A DNA stretch of 64,000 bases from a virus, in IMG/VR virus record IMGVR_UViG_3300033146_003848, positions 1 to 64,000 of that record; one strand, 5' to 3'. Made by a program: the position numbers and the translations under genes. Shown in pieces: positions 48,051-56,756 of the stretch. The notes under the pieces were generated by a model, which saw only the letters and a program-made list of their open reading frames with translations, did no database searches and was not told where the DNA came from. The stretch's first letter is position 1. Each line of letters begins with the position of its first letter.

Positions 48051-48917
48051 TTAGTGATAGTATGGAATTTGTTGTTTAAACATACTCTTATTTACTTGAT
48101 TACATATCTTAACTATAGTTTCAACTGAAACTCCACTTTCATTAGATATTCTTTCTTGATATTCAGCATCATCCGCTAATTTTAGCCATATTTCACTGTT
48201 TGGTAGAAGAGAATCCTCGATTGTTACCATCACTCTATCGAGATCCCAGTAAGAGAATCCTAATTCTTTTTCATCAGTTTGATTTCCCCAAAGTTCAGCA
48301 GAAGGAGTTTTATTAACTATGGTCGATGGAACATCTAATGCTCTAGCCATCTCAAACACTTCAGTTTTCGAATGTCTTAATATTGGAGCATATGATCCAA
48401 TATTATCTCCACCAACAGTATAATATCCTAACCAATATTCACTCAGATTACTATTCTCACTTACAAGTCCATTGACAACTTTTGACCAATCCATGAGAGC
48501 AATCATTCTAGATCTAGCACATACATTTCCCTTTCTCACATATATATCATCTCTATTATCGTGAACTCTCAAATAAGTATTAAAATATCCATCTACCATC
48601 CCATTAATGCTTTGAGTGAACATTTTCACTCCAAAGTGACTACATAGATTCTGAGCATCACTTTTCGAAGCATTAGTTGAAATACTTTCATATGGCAAAC
48701 TCAATGCTATAACATTTTCACGTCCCAAGGCTCTCACAGTTAACGCAAGAACCGTCGCAGAATCAATGCCACCAGAAACACCAATCACCGCCTTTGTGAA
48801 TCCTAAATCATCAAACACTTCTTTAATAAATTGAACGCTATTTTCTATAGCATCATCCACTTCAAATTCTCGCTTCAAAAAATACTCTTCTCTATTCATT
48901 AGACTCTCCATTTGCAT
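48051..48917 (-). CDS. nadE: NH3-dependent NAD+ synthetase
   Basis: GVSGGIDS PP-loop, GNVCARSRM, SE..LGYYT..GD, KTEV, PSAELW..QTDEKELG. Confidence 0.95.
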   Translation of the reverse strand: MQMESLMNREEYFLKREFEVDDAIENSVQFIKEVFDDLGFTKAVIGVSGGIDSATVLALTVRALGRENVIALSLPYESISTNASKSDAQNLCSHFGVKMFTQSINGMVDGYFNTYLRVHDNRDDIYVRKGNVCARSRMIALMDWSKVVNGLVSENSNLSEYWLGYYTVGGDNIGSYAPILRHSKTEVFEMARALDVPSTIVNKTPSAELWGNQTDEKELGFSYWDLDRVMVTIEDSLLPNSEIWLKLADDAEYQERISNESGVSVETIVKICNQVNKSMFKQQIPYYH

Positions 48918-49317
48918 TATTTTCCATAAGCATTTTTTGCCAACTTATATTTAATCCGGGAATCAAAGATATTATTTGAGTTTTAGTGAACGCATTGAGT
49001 TCAGCAGTAACATTAACAACTCGTTCGATGAGTGAGTGTCCAATATTTGGATCTTCATTCAATATCATTTCCAATTCCACATCACTAAAGGGTTTACCAT
49101 AAATATCAACAGCGGAATTCATAAACTTATCAATTAATAGTTGAGGTAAAACAGTACCTAGTATGCGATTTTTGTTTGCAGTAGAAAATTCAATATTATT
49201 AGTAGACAATGAAGTTTCTAAAACATTCTTAAACGTTTTCTTTATAGATTTTATATAATTCGCTTTATCTAGAATTTTCATTAATAATTCATTTCTATTC
49301 ATTGGAATCTCCTTCAT
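48892..49317 (-). CDS. DUF2059-like protein (degenerate paralog of 49295-49696)
   Basis: IYGKPFSDVELEMI..PNIGHSLIE. Confidence 0.55.
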   Translation of the reverse strand: MKEIPMNRNELLMKILDKANYIKSIKKTFKNVLETSLSTNNIEFSTANKNRILGTVLPQLLIDKFMNSAVDIYGKPFSDVELEMILNEDPNIGHSLIERVVNVTAELNAFTKTQIISLIPGLNISWQKMLMENNANGESNE

Positions 49318-49696
49318 CTAAAATATTTTGAATTTCTTCTAAAATAGTTGGCATTGCAGGACTCATACGGTCATGAGTCAATTTATCAACGAGTGCAGTT
49401 ATCCGAGGAGTTTTCTCAATGATCGATTTTCCTAAAGGACTATCATTGAATTCAACTATAGATTGCAACTCATCATCATCAAACGAATCACTATATATTT
49501 TAGTAACATCTTCAATAAATTCAGGAGTCAATGTTCTTGAAACAATATGATTCAATATCTTTATTCGTTTTTCGGGAGATATTGTGATTTCAGATGCATT
49601 TATCATCTGAGACAGAATGCCTTCAAATGATGTTCTAAGTTTGGTTTCATATTCTAATTGAGTCAATATGGTTCGCACTAAATCTATCTTACTCAT
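49295..49696 (-). CDS. DUF2059-like protein
   Basis: IYSDSFDDDELQSIVEFNDSPLGKSIIEKTP. Confidence 0.7.
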   Translation of the reverse strand: MSKIDLVRTILTQLEYETKLRTSFEGILSQMINASEITISPEKRIKILNHIVSRTLTPEFIEDVTKIYSDSFDDDELQSIVEFNDSPLGKSIIEKTPRITALVDKLTHDRMSPAMPTILEEIQNILDEGDSNE

Positions 49697-49887
49697 TATC
49701 TATCTCCTAATAATTTATATCTATTAAATAGATGTTTATAATGTTGAGAATTCACTTGATATCCTCCATCACTCTTTTCATTCTCCATCTTTCTCATACG
49801 TTCTTTAATTGCCTTTAAAGTCATTCTATTGACTTTCACTTTTTTTTCTACCATGCTAATACCTCCTTTGGTTTTTGCATTAAATTA

Positions 49888-50115
49888 TTATTCCCATGGG
49901 ATTTCGGAATTAATCACATCAACGATATCATCTTTCCATGAATACGGAACTCCTTTTGGCCAGAACCGTATGTCCCATGGTCCCAACACTCGTTGGTTAC
50001 ACATTGGTTCATTATATCCAGTTGAATGAATAGTTACTAACCAAGGCTTTTCATTTAATAATAAAATCACTTCATGTTCATCCACATGATTAATTTCAAT
50101 CGTTGTTAACTTCAT
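49888..50115 (-). CDS. Hypothetical protein (start MKLTT)
   Basis: GGAG RBS; TGATATATT box at 50150-50158. Confidence 0.5.
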   Translation of the reverse strand: MKLTTIEINHVDEHEVILLLNEKPWLVTIHSTGYNEPMCNQRVLGPWDIRFWPKGVPYSWKDDIVDVINSEIPWE

Positions 50116-50184
50116 AATCTCTCCGACATTTAATATCAACTTAATAATTAATATATCAAACTATCAAGAATTTCTCATTTAAAA

Positions 50185-51378
50185 TTAACCACAATTGAAA
50201 TATCTCTGTATAAATTGCAAGAAGTTTTTATCAATACACATGGACTTGATAGGTTCATCGCTATTTTTCGCTACTGGAAATCCATTAATGCGTTGTAATT
50301 TGATAACTATACTTGTCGGAGTCACTGAATCAAAATCATGACTCAAATGCGTTCCAATTCCATAAGATGTTTTTATTTTCCCATAAAAATGTTTAAATAA
50401 TTCAATAGATCGTTTCATTGTTAAGGCATCACTGAATACAATTGTTTTATTCAGTGTATCTAGATTTAATGATTTATAATGTCTCAAAGTTTTTTCTCCA
50501 AACTCAATTGGACATCCACTATCATGTCGAACTCCATCGTATAATTTAGATAATTTTAATCCAAAGTCCTTATAAAATTGATCTGTGGATATTGTATCAG
50601 TTAACGCTATTCCTAAATTCCCATCATAAAATTCAGCCCACACATTCAACATATCTCTCTGAAAGGTTGCTATAGGATGCAATGCTTGTCCAGCCATAAT
50701 ATATTCATGAGCAAACGTTCCTATAATGGGAATATTATTTGTGAGTCCAATATAAACGTTAGATGTTCCGTTGAAGTTTTTATTATTTCCTATAATATTC
50801 AATCTCTTATTAAATTCTGTTACCATTTCATTTTGCCATTTGAAATTAATTCGTCGTCTTGTCCCAAAATCTGCAAATTTAAAATCAGGATCATTCAAAT
50901 CATGAATCATTTGAATTTTTGCATCTAATTTTTTGATGCCCTCATTATATAAAATATCCCAATTATATAAAGACTGATGCTTAGTTACAATTTCCGAAAC
51001 TATCGCTAAGATCATTGTTTCATAAAGAATAGTTCTTGACCATAATCCTTTAATTTGAATTTTCAATTGTCCATCTCTATCCACACTAACTTCAACTTCA
51101 TCTTCAGGATGAAATTTAAAATCAAGTAGGAAATTAACATACTCTTTTTTTAATAGAGGCAACTTTTCCAATAATAAAGAATATTCCTCAGTTGTAAGTC
51201 TTAAATTGCCCAATTTATTTATCTCTTCTCTAATCGGAGATAAATATTTTGCTAAATTAACATCAACATCTCTACACTTAAAGTGATATTCAGCAACTTC
51301 CTTTGGATACTTAAAGAACACTAATTGTCCCATTGTTAATTTATAGTAATCTAAATCTAATAATGATTTTATTATCAT
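50185..51378 (-). CDS. pncB: Nicotinate phosphoribosyltransferase
   Basis: SLLDLDYYKLTM, DFGTRRR, GTSNV, GTFAHE (phospho-His), LTDT, GVRHDSG, FSDAL, GIGT. Confidence 0.95.
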   Translation of the reverse strand: MIIKSLLDLDYYKLTMGQLVFFKYPKEVAEYHFKCRDVDVNLAKYLSPIREEINKLGNLRLTTEEYSLLLEKLPLLKKEYVNFLLDFKFHPEDEVEVSVDRDGQLKIQIKGLWSRTILYETMILAIVSEIVTKHQSLYNWDILYNEGIKKLDAKIQMIHDLNDPDFKFADFGTRRRINFKWQNEMVTEFNKRLNIIGNNKNFNGTSNVYIGLTNNIPIIGTFAHEYIMAGQALHPIATFQRDMLNVWAEFYDGNLGIALTDTISTDQFYKDFGLKLSKLYDGVRHDSGCPIEFGEKTLRHYKSLNLDTLNKTIVFSDALTMKRSIELFKHFYGKIKTSYGIGTHLSHDFDSVTPTSIVIKLQRINGFPVAKNSDEPIKSMCIDKNFLQFIQRYFNCG

Positions 51379-51387
51379 AATAATCTC

Positions 51388-51888
51388 CTAATGATTCATT
51401 GTTTCTAATATTTTTGTGATAATATGATGACACTCATTCATAGTGGGCATTTTATATATATCAACATTATTGTTTTTATTATTCGATATATACCAAATCT
51501 CTAACGAAACAGTCTCATCAACATCCAATAAATCATTATTGGATTCAATCTTACACCATGCCCATTGAATTTGATTGAGATTGATGATAGCATTGTTAAT
51601 TAGCATAGGATTCAAATCAGAACTCTTAGTAGTAAGCATTACGACCTTTTCAATATCAATCGGAGTTGTTACTATATTCGACGTAGTCTCTAAATGTTTT
51701 TGAACCACATCTTTAAATTCAGATGATAATTTACCTGATGATATCGTTTTATCGATATACGAACTAACCTCATCGTTTGCCATCTCAACCACATACTCTC
51801 GACTCAATAATGCCCATATAGTAACGATAAACATTATCACATTGATAATTGCTAATCCACGAATTACAGACATTGAGATGTTCATCAT
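51388..51888 (-). CDS. Hypothetical membrane-anchored protein
   Basis: N-terminal TM helix; coupled to pncA. Confidence 0.6.
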   Translation of the reverse strand: MMNISMSVIRGLAIINVIMFIVTIWALLSREYVVEMANDEVSSYIDKTISSGKLSSEFKDVVQKHLETTSNIVTTPIDIEKVVMLTTKSSDLNPMLINNAIINLNQIQWAWCKIESNNDLLDVDETVSLEIWYISNNKNNNVDIYKMPTMNECHHIITKILETMNH

Positions 51889-52514
51889 TTGACTCCTAAA
51901 CCAGCAGTTTTGATTAGTTTAACTCCATGAGACACCCACTTATCTATCGCAGAAATGCTCTTTACTTCTTTTATCGCATCGGTAATTACTATCACATCTA
52001 CATCTCGAAGTTTCGTGAATTCCATAACAATTTCATCCACACAATAATCAGTAGCAACACCGTAAACATAAATTCTTTCAGGATGAATTGCCGAAACTAT
52101 TCTGCTAGTATTGATGTTACCTTTGAATGCATTACGATGATCCTTTCTTATGACTATATTCCGACTCAATAGTATATTTAAAATCTCTCGATTAGAATAT
52201 TCTTTTTCCCATTCGCAAATCGAAAGACTAGCATTTAAATATGTTGCAACTTCTGGGATAAATTCCGCTAATTCTGTATTTTGCATCCCATGCTTTGGGA
52301 AAGTATTTACAAAATCAGGAGTATTAGATATCTCCTCAGTATCCTCATTATGCCAATCTTGAGTATTAATGACTTGAATTCCTCTTCGATTAAAGTATTT
52401 AGTTAATCGATTCAAATTAGGAATAATGTCTTCGGCTTTTGGAACATATAGTCCACCATTCGTATACATAAAGTCTCCTGTGGTATCCACATTCCACGCA
52501 ATTGTCTTTTTCAT
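51885..52514 (-). CDS. pncA: Nicotinamidase (isochorismatase fold)
   Basis: VD..GDFM..GGLYVP, TQDWH, FPKH, K, GVATDYCV (catalytic Asp-Lys-Cys and metal ligands). Confidence 0.9.
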   Translation of the reverse strand: MKKTIAWNVDTTGDFMYTNGGLYVPKAEDIIPNLNRLTKYFNRRGIQVINTQDWHNEDTEEISNTPDFVNTFPKHGMQNTELAEFIPEVATYLNASLSICEWEKEYSNREILNILLSRNIVIRKDHRNAFKGNINTSRIVSAIHPERIYVYGVATDYCVDEIVMEFTKLRDVDVIVITDAIKEVKSISAIDKWVSHGVKLIKTAGLGVK

Positions 52515-52529
52515 CTTAAATCTCCTTTA

Positions 52530-52718
52530 TCACTTAACTCTATTACAACATTTCTCATACAACTCGCACGGTTGACATGCTAAGATTTGAACTGGAGCAT
52601 TTGGACAGTTATTAAATCCACAATAACAAACTATTGGCTCCTCTCTCACACCATCATGTATTCCTATTTCAACTTTAGAATTACATTTCGGACAACGAAC
52701 TTCCTTGTAAACAATCAT
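52530..52718 (-). CDS. Small Cys-rich (zinc-binding) protein
   Basis: CPKC, CYCGFNNC, CQPC, CC. Confidence 0.55.
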   Translation of the reverse strand: MIVYKEVRCPKCNSKVEIGIHDGVREEPIVCYCGFNNCPNAPVQILACQPCELYEKCCNRVK

Positions 52719-52984
52719 TAATTCACCTCAACTAATCGATTAACCTCATTATAATTACTCCAAAACGATTTATCAAACTCAACTTCAATTTGCGAATCTT
52801 TAGGTTGACCTTCACTGTAGAATCGAAATCGAAAATCCTCTTCACTCATACAAACCAAATTATTAAACCCATCATCATCCTTTTTCCTATATATCAAAAT
52901 TAGATGATGACTATCAGTTACTAAATTAATTCCTGTGAAAAGAACTTGAACAACTTCATCAGTTTCTCTATTTACAAAATACAT
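52718..52984 (-). CDS. Hypothetical protein (DUF1653-like)
   Basis: Y...V.VL..G.N..T....LIY......CMS.EDF..RF. Confidence 0.5.
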   Translation of the reverse strand: MYFVNRETDEVVQVLFTGINLVTDSHHLILIYRKKDDDGFNNLVCMSEEDFRFRFYSEGQPKDSQIEVEFDKSFWSNYNEVNRLVEVN

Positions 52985-53016
52985 ATCAATTCCTCTAAAT
53001 CATTATCACTACAAAT

Positions 53017-53045
53017 AATATATCACATTGCTGATATAATGTCAA
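53017..53045 (-). promoter_or_regulatory. sigma70-type promoter of the pncA-pncB operon
   Basis: TTGACA-N17-TATATT with TG extension. Confidence 0.78.
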
Positions 53046-53116
53046 ATAATAAATAGAGGAATTAATCCAGAAGAAGTTTTAATATTTTAAATATAAAATG
53101 AATCTTTTTTTGATAT

Positions 53117-53761
53117 TCACATTTCCAAATGAGACATCCACTCATCCATCATCGGCAATTCATTACGTAATGTTTCACAAAAAAATACCCATTCTTCCAT
53201 TTTATGATTCTTTCTATTTGCATACATGGTGAAAAACACTTCATAATTTAAAGTAGTCGTTCTGATGTATCTAAATGACGATGGGATATTATCAATCATT
53301 GTTCTCCAAAGATGCTTCAAGTTCTCCGTCGACATCTTATTTTCCTTTGCATCAATGTAAAATCCAATATGCATATTTAATCTATCTAATATTTGCAAGT
53401 CTATATTATCATTAAAATCACTCGGAGTCAGAAGTCTTTTCCCTAAAGTGTGCATTTGAGAAGTTGAATTCTTCACAGTATGCAAATATGTATCAAATTC
53501 ATCAAAAAATTTCAGTCCAGCATTAATATCGACTCCAATGTGAATGTGTCTTAAAAACTTGCGATGTGATGGTCCTGCCTTAATTAATCGCTTTGCTGTC
53601 ACATTATCGTTTAATCCAAGATTATAAAGAATTAATCCATACATATCTTTAAATGATGAATCATTCTTTTCCCAACTTTGAAGAGGATTTCTCATTCCTC
53701 TCAACGCATCTTCCCAACCATAAGCCTTTAGATGAGTTAATTCTATATAATTATTTTTCAT
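53117..53761 (-). CDS. Conserved phage protein, distantly ThyX-like
   Basis: GWEDALRGMRNP..SW, HRKFLR, EFDTY, NSTSQMH, R..HK..EW. Confidence 0.45.
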   Translation of the reverse strand: MKNNYIELTHLKAYGWEDALRGMRNPLQSWEKNDSSFKDMYGLILYNLGLNDNVTAKRLIKAGPSHRKFLRHIHIGVDINAGLKFFDEFDTYLHTVKNSTSQMHTLGKRLLTPSDFNDNIDLQILDRLNMHIGFYIDAKENKMSTENLKHLWRTMIDNIPSSFRYIRTTTLNYEVFFTMYANRKNHKMEEWVFFCETLRNELPMMDEWMSHLEM

Positions 53762-53833
53762 AACCTGCCCTATTAAATTATTCTCATACTATATTATATC
53801 ATAATATGAGATTATTGAGTTAATTAAATGACC

Positions 53834-54502
53834 TTATATTTTAACAGTGACCACTAGAAGTCCTTGCTGAAAATGATTGAATATTTGATTTGATCTTAAA
53901 CTTTTAGGTAACTGAATGAGAGTTTCATAATCTCTATCAGAAATGAGTTGAAACCCTTCCATCTTCATAGAAGCAGATATACTTAATACTCCACTGATAT
54001 TATCATAACTCATTTTCACATCTTCTCTTGTAGAGCCCGGTAACGAAATAGTAATAATTTCACTATCATCTTTGGAAAAATGAGAGACATCAGTATTTGA
54101 ACTAATTGTTGCCCAAACTGGAACCTTGGATGACTCAACATGAACATCATTATTCTGACTATGAGAAGTATCACAATCACTACAGTTACAGTTACAGTTA
54201 CAGTTACATCTAGCATCAACGTTCCCATTGATATTATTTATGAATTTTTCAATGTTCCATTTCTCTTTGATTTTACTTAGAGATCCTCCTGCTGACAAAA
54301 TCTCATCAAATGCTTTAATTTTTTCTGAAATCGATAGATTTTCTAGTACTGAGCCTATTTTTGTTTTATCTAATTCAGACATCTTCTCTTTGATTTCCTC
54401 ATGTAGTTCAGCGATTTGAGTTTTAAATGTTTTCGATAGTTCTTCACCACCAGACATTTTAACTATCGATTCTAAACTTTCAAATAAATTCTGTAATGAC
54501 AT
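53834..54502 (-). CDS. Small heat-shock protein (alpha-crystallin domain) with a (CN)n linker
   Basis: LPGSTREDVKM...VLSIS...LP...QQGLLVVTV. Confidence 0.65.
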   Translation of the reverse strand: MSLQNLFESLESIVKMSGGEELSKTFKTQIAELHEEIKEKMSELDKTKIGSVLENLSISEKIKAFDEILSAGGSLSKIKEKWNIEKFINNINGNVDARCNCNCNCNCSDCDTSHSQNNDVHVESSKVPVWATISSNTDVSHFSKDDSEIITISLPGSTREDVKMSYDNISGVLSISASMKMEGFQLISDRDYETLIQLPKSLRSNQIFNHFQQGLLVVTVKI

Positions 54503-54585
54503 AATACGATCCTCTTATATAAAATAATAAAAATACTCTAAAGTATATCATAAAACAATCATTTTAGCAAATTTAATTTTTGAAA

Positions 54586-55128
54586 TTAATCGAGGTCTAA
54601 TTTGTCCTCAGATGAATTGTCGTTTGATTTAATTTCAGTGTCGGATTCATCAGTTTGACTATCGGTAGTATCATTAGTCTCTGATTCGTCCGATTCGTCG
54701 GATTCAGTATCAGGTTGATTAATTCGATTAACTACGTCTCGCATCATCTCCGTCATATCTGAAATGAATGATTTTTTGGAAATAACTAAATCGAGCAACT
54801 TGAATAGTTTTGAATCATTGTCGTCACCAATAATGAAGAAATTTTCTTTAGTGTTAATTCTAGGAGATATTTTAAATGCACTATCGAAGATTAAATTAAC
54901 ATATTTTTCATTAGTAACATATAAATTAATAATATATGTTGATATATCATCTTTATGATTCCATTTAACAGATGTTTGAAGCAATTCTATATCATGCTCC
55001 TTAACGAACTCAACGATCGCTTTTCCTAACTCAGTTTCCACTTTAGTAGTTTTATTTTCATATTCTACAAAATACGATTGAGTTGCCGCAACAACTATTT
55101 CTTTAATTTCACTAAGTTTTAAATCCAT
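54586..55128 (-). CDS. Hypothetical protein with an acidic tail
   Basis: ORF. Confidence 0.6.
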   Translation of the reverse strand: MDLKLSEIKEIVVAATQSYFVEYENKTTKVETELGKAIVEFVKEHDIELLQTSVKWNHKDDISTYIINLYVTNEKYVNLIFDSAFKISPRINTKENFFIIGDDNDSKLFKLLDLVISKKSFISDMTEMMRDVVNRINQPDTESDESDESETNDTTDSQTDESDTEIKSNDNSSEDKLDLD

Positions 55129-55580
55129 TATAATGCCTTTTTAATAGTTTCCATTCTCTGTTTAAACAATTGAGCATCGTAATCCTCAGACTCATCTTCC
55201 CCAGGGTTCACAATAACTTCATCTTTATGTCCATCATTAGGTGGAATATTTATAACTTTAGTATCAACGGGCTCAGATTTAAAAGATATATCTTTAGCAT
55301 CAACTTCTTTAGGTTTAACTCTCATAGGACATTCAGATGGCATATCATACTTTTTGATTGCTCTTCTAGGAATTTCCACTTTATTTCCCATCATTCCAAT
55401 TTCTTTACTAGAAGATATATTATGTCCTTTTAATGTGGGATCAATTGCGATTACTTCCATTTCATCAGATAAACTTTCATACATTGAAAATAACGCTTTC
55501 AAATCTCGTTTACATTCATTATTGATTTTAGTGGTATCAATTATAATATGTTCACCAGACTGTATTTTTATAAGTTTCAT
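55128..55580 (-). CDS. Hypothetical late protein
   Basis: GGAG RBS; CATAAATA box at 55615-55622. Confidence 0.6.
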   Translation of the reverse strand: MKLIKIQSGEHIIIDTTKINNECKRDLKALFSMYESLSDEMEVIAIDPTLKGHNISSSKEIGMMGNKVEIPRRAIKKYDMPSECPMRVKPKEVDAKDISFKSEPVDTKVINIPPNDGHKDEVIVNPGEDESEDYDAQLFKQRMETIKKAL

Positions 55581-55721
55581 TTATAACTCCATTAAATAAT
55601 AAATATTCATGTTTTATTTATGATTTCGGAGGATTTCTCAATGTTTATGTGGTTATTTGGGATAATGACAGGGTTAGTATTTATTTTAGTATATATTACC
55701 TTTCCACCAAGTGTGAATTAT

Positions 55722-56756
55722 TTACGACGAAAAAAATAATTTTTTGTTAGTAGATACATATTTAAATTCACGAACTCGCATTCCACCAGCACCTCGATGT
55801 CCACCACCATTATAATAATTAAAAATTGGAGTCAAATCAACATCTTCCTTTTCAGAATAAAGACTTACCGACCATAAATTCTTTTTGCCTGAATACACAA
55901 AACATCCAACATAATCATGTTTATCCCAATCAACAGAATCTTCAAAAATCAAACTTCCACCAATTCCTTGATTTAAAAATAACCCTAATCCAATATGTTC
56001 AAATCCTGAAATTTGCCCTTCGAATCCATATGCATTCACTAATTGACGATTTCTCTCCTTGTGACTAGCATATATTAGTGCTCCATCATAATCAAAATCC
56101 TCAATCATTTCCGTGATTTTATCGGAAGAATCACATGCTTCATCGATCAAATTCCAGAACTTTAATCCTGCTTCAGTTGATGGATCAGTATTTAATGCAG
56201 AAAACGCAAAATTCATATTCAAAGCCTCTGTCCATAATATAGAATCACTTTTATCGAATCTATCGTATATATCAATACAATCAACAAATCGTTGTAAATT
56301 ATCCCAATATGTTTCACCTAACTTTTTTCCCAATTCAGTACGATTTCTTTTAATCCAATTGAAAGTATGACGACATCCTGCAAATTCTTCTCCTCTATCT
56401 CCAGGAACATCGAATCCTTCCATTTCATCTAACACAGTAATATGATGATCCATCCACAGCATCTTACCTTTAACTTTATTTTTAACATATTCCATATCTT
56501 CCTTTGGGAAAGAGCAATCTACTAAAATAACCATATCTTGAGGTTCAATTTGATTCTCATTAATATAAAATCCATAATTATATCTATGCATCATAACTCT
56601 AAAATCTTTAAATGGATTCTTCACAAAGGCATTTTCAAATGCCCACTTAATTAACCATCCTGATGTAAATCCATCCATATCGCTTTGATGAAAGTAACAA
56701 TGAATCACATTCTGTCTCGCTTTTCTCATTTTATTCTCCTTTGTTCTCAGTTTCAT
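55722..56756 (-). CDS. DHH/DHHA1 phosphoesterase (phage type)
   Basis: HQSDMDG, LVD, WMDHH, GGGHRGAGG. Confidence 0.88.
   Translation of the reverse strand: MKLRTKENKMRKARQNVIHCYFHQSDMDGFTSGWLIKWAFENAFVKNPFKDFRVMMHRYNYGFYINENQIEPQDMVILVDCSFPKEDMEYVKNKVKGKMLWMDHHITVLDEMEGFDVPGDRGEEFAGCRHTFNWIKRNRTELGKKLGETYWDNLQRFVDCIDIYDRFDKSDSILWTEALNMNFAFSALNTDPSTEAGLKFWNLIDEACDSSDKITEMIEDFDYDGALIYASHKERNRQLVNAYGFEGQISGFEHIGLGLFLNQGIGGSLIFEDSVDWDKHDYVGCFVYSGKKNLWSVSLYSEKEDVDLTPIFNYYNGGGHRGAGGMRVREFKYVSTNKKLFFSS

Noticed and set aside
46755-52514. NARP1 or NARP2 assignment
   Set aside because: No Adps/PRPP-synthetase-like gene is present. The PRTase has PncB rather than NadV motifs and is accompanied by PncA and NadE, which NARP1 and NARP2 do not need.
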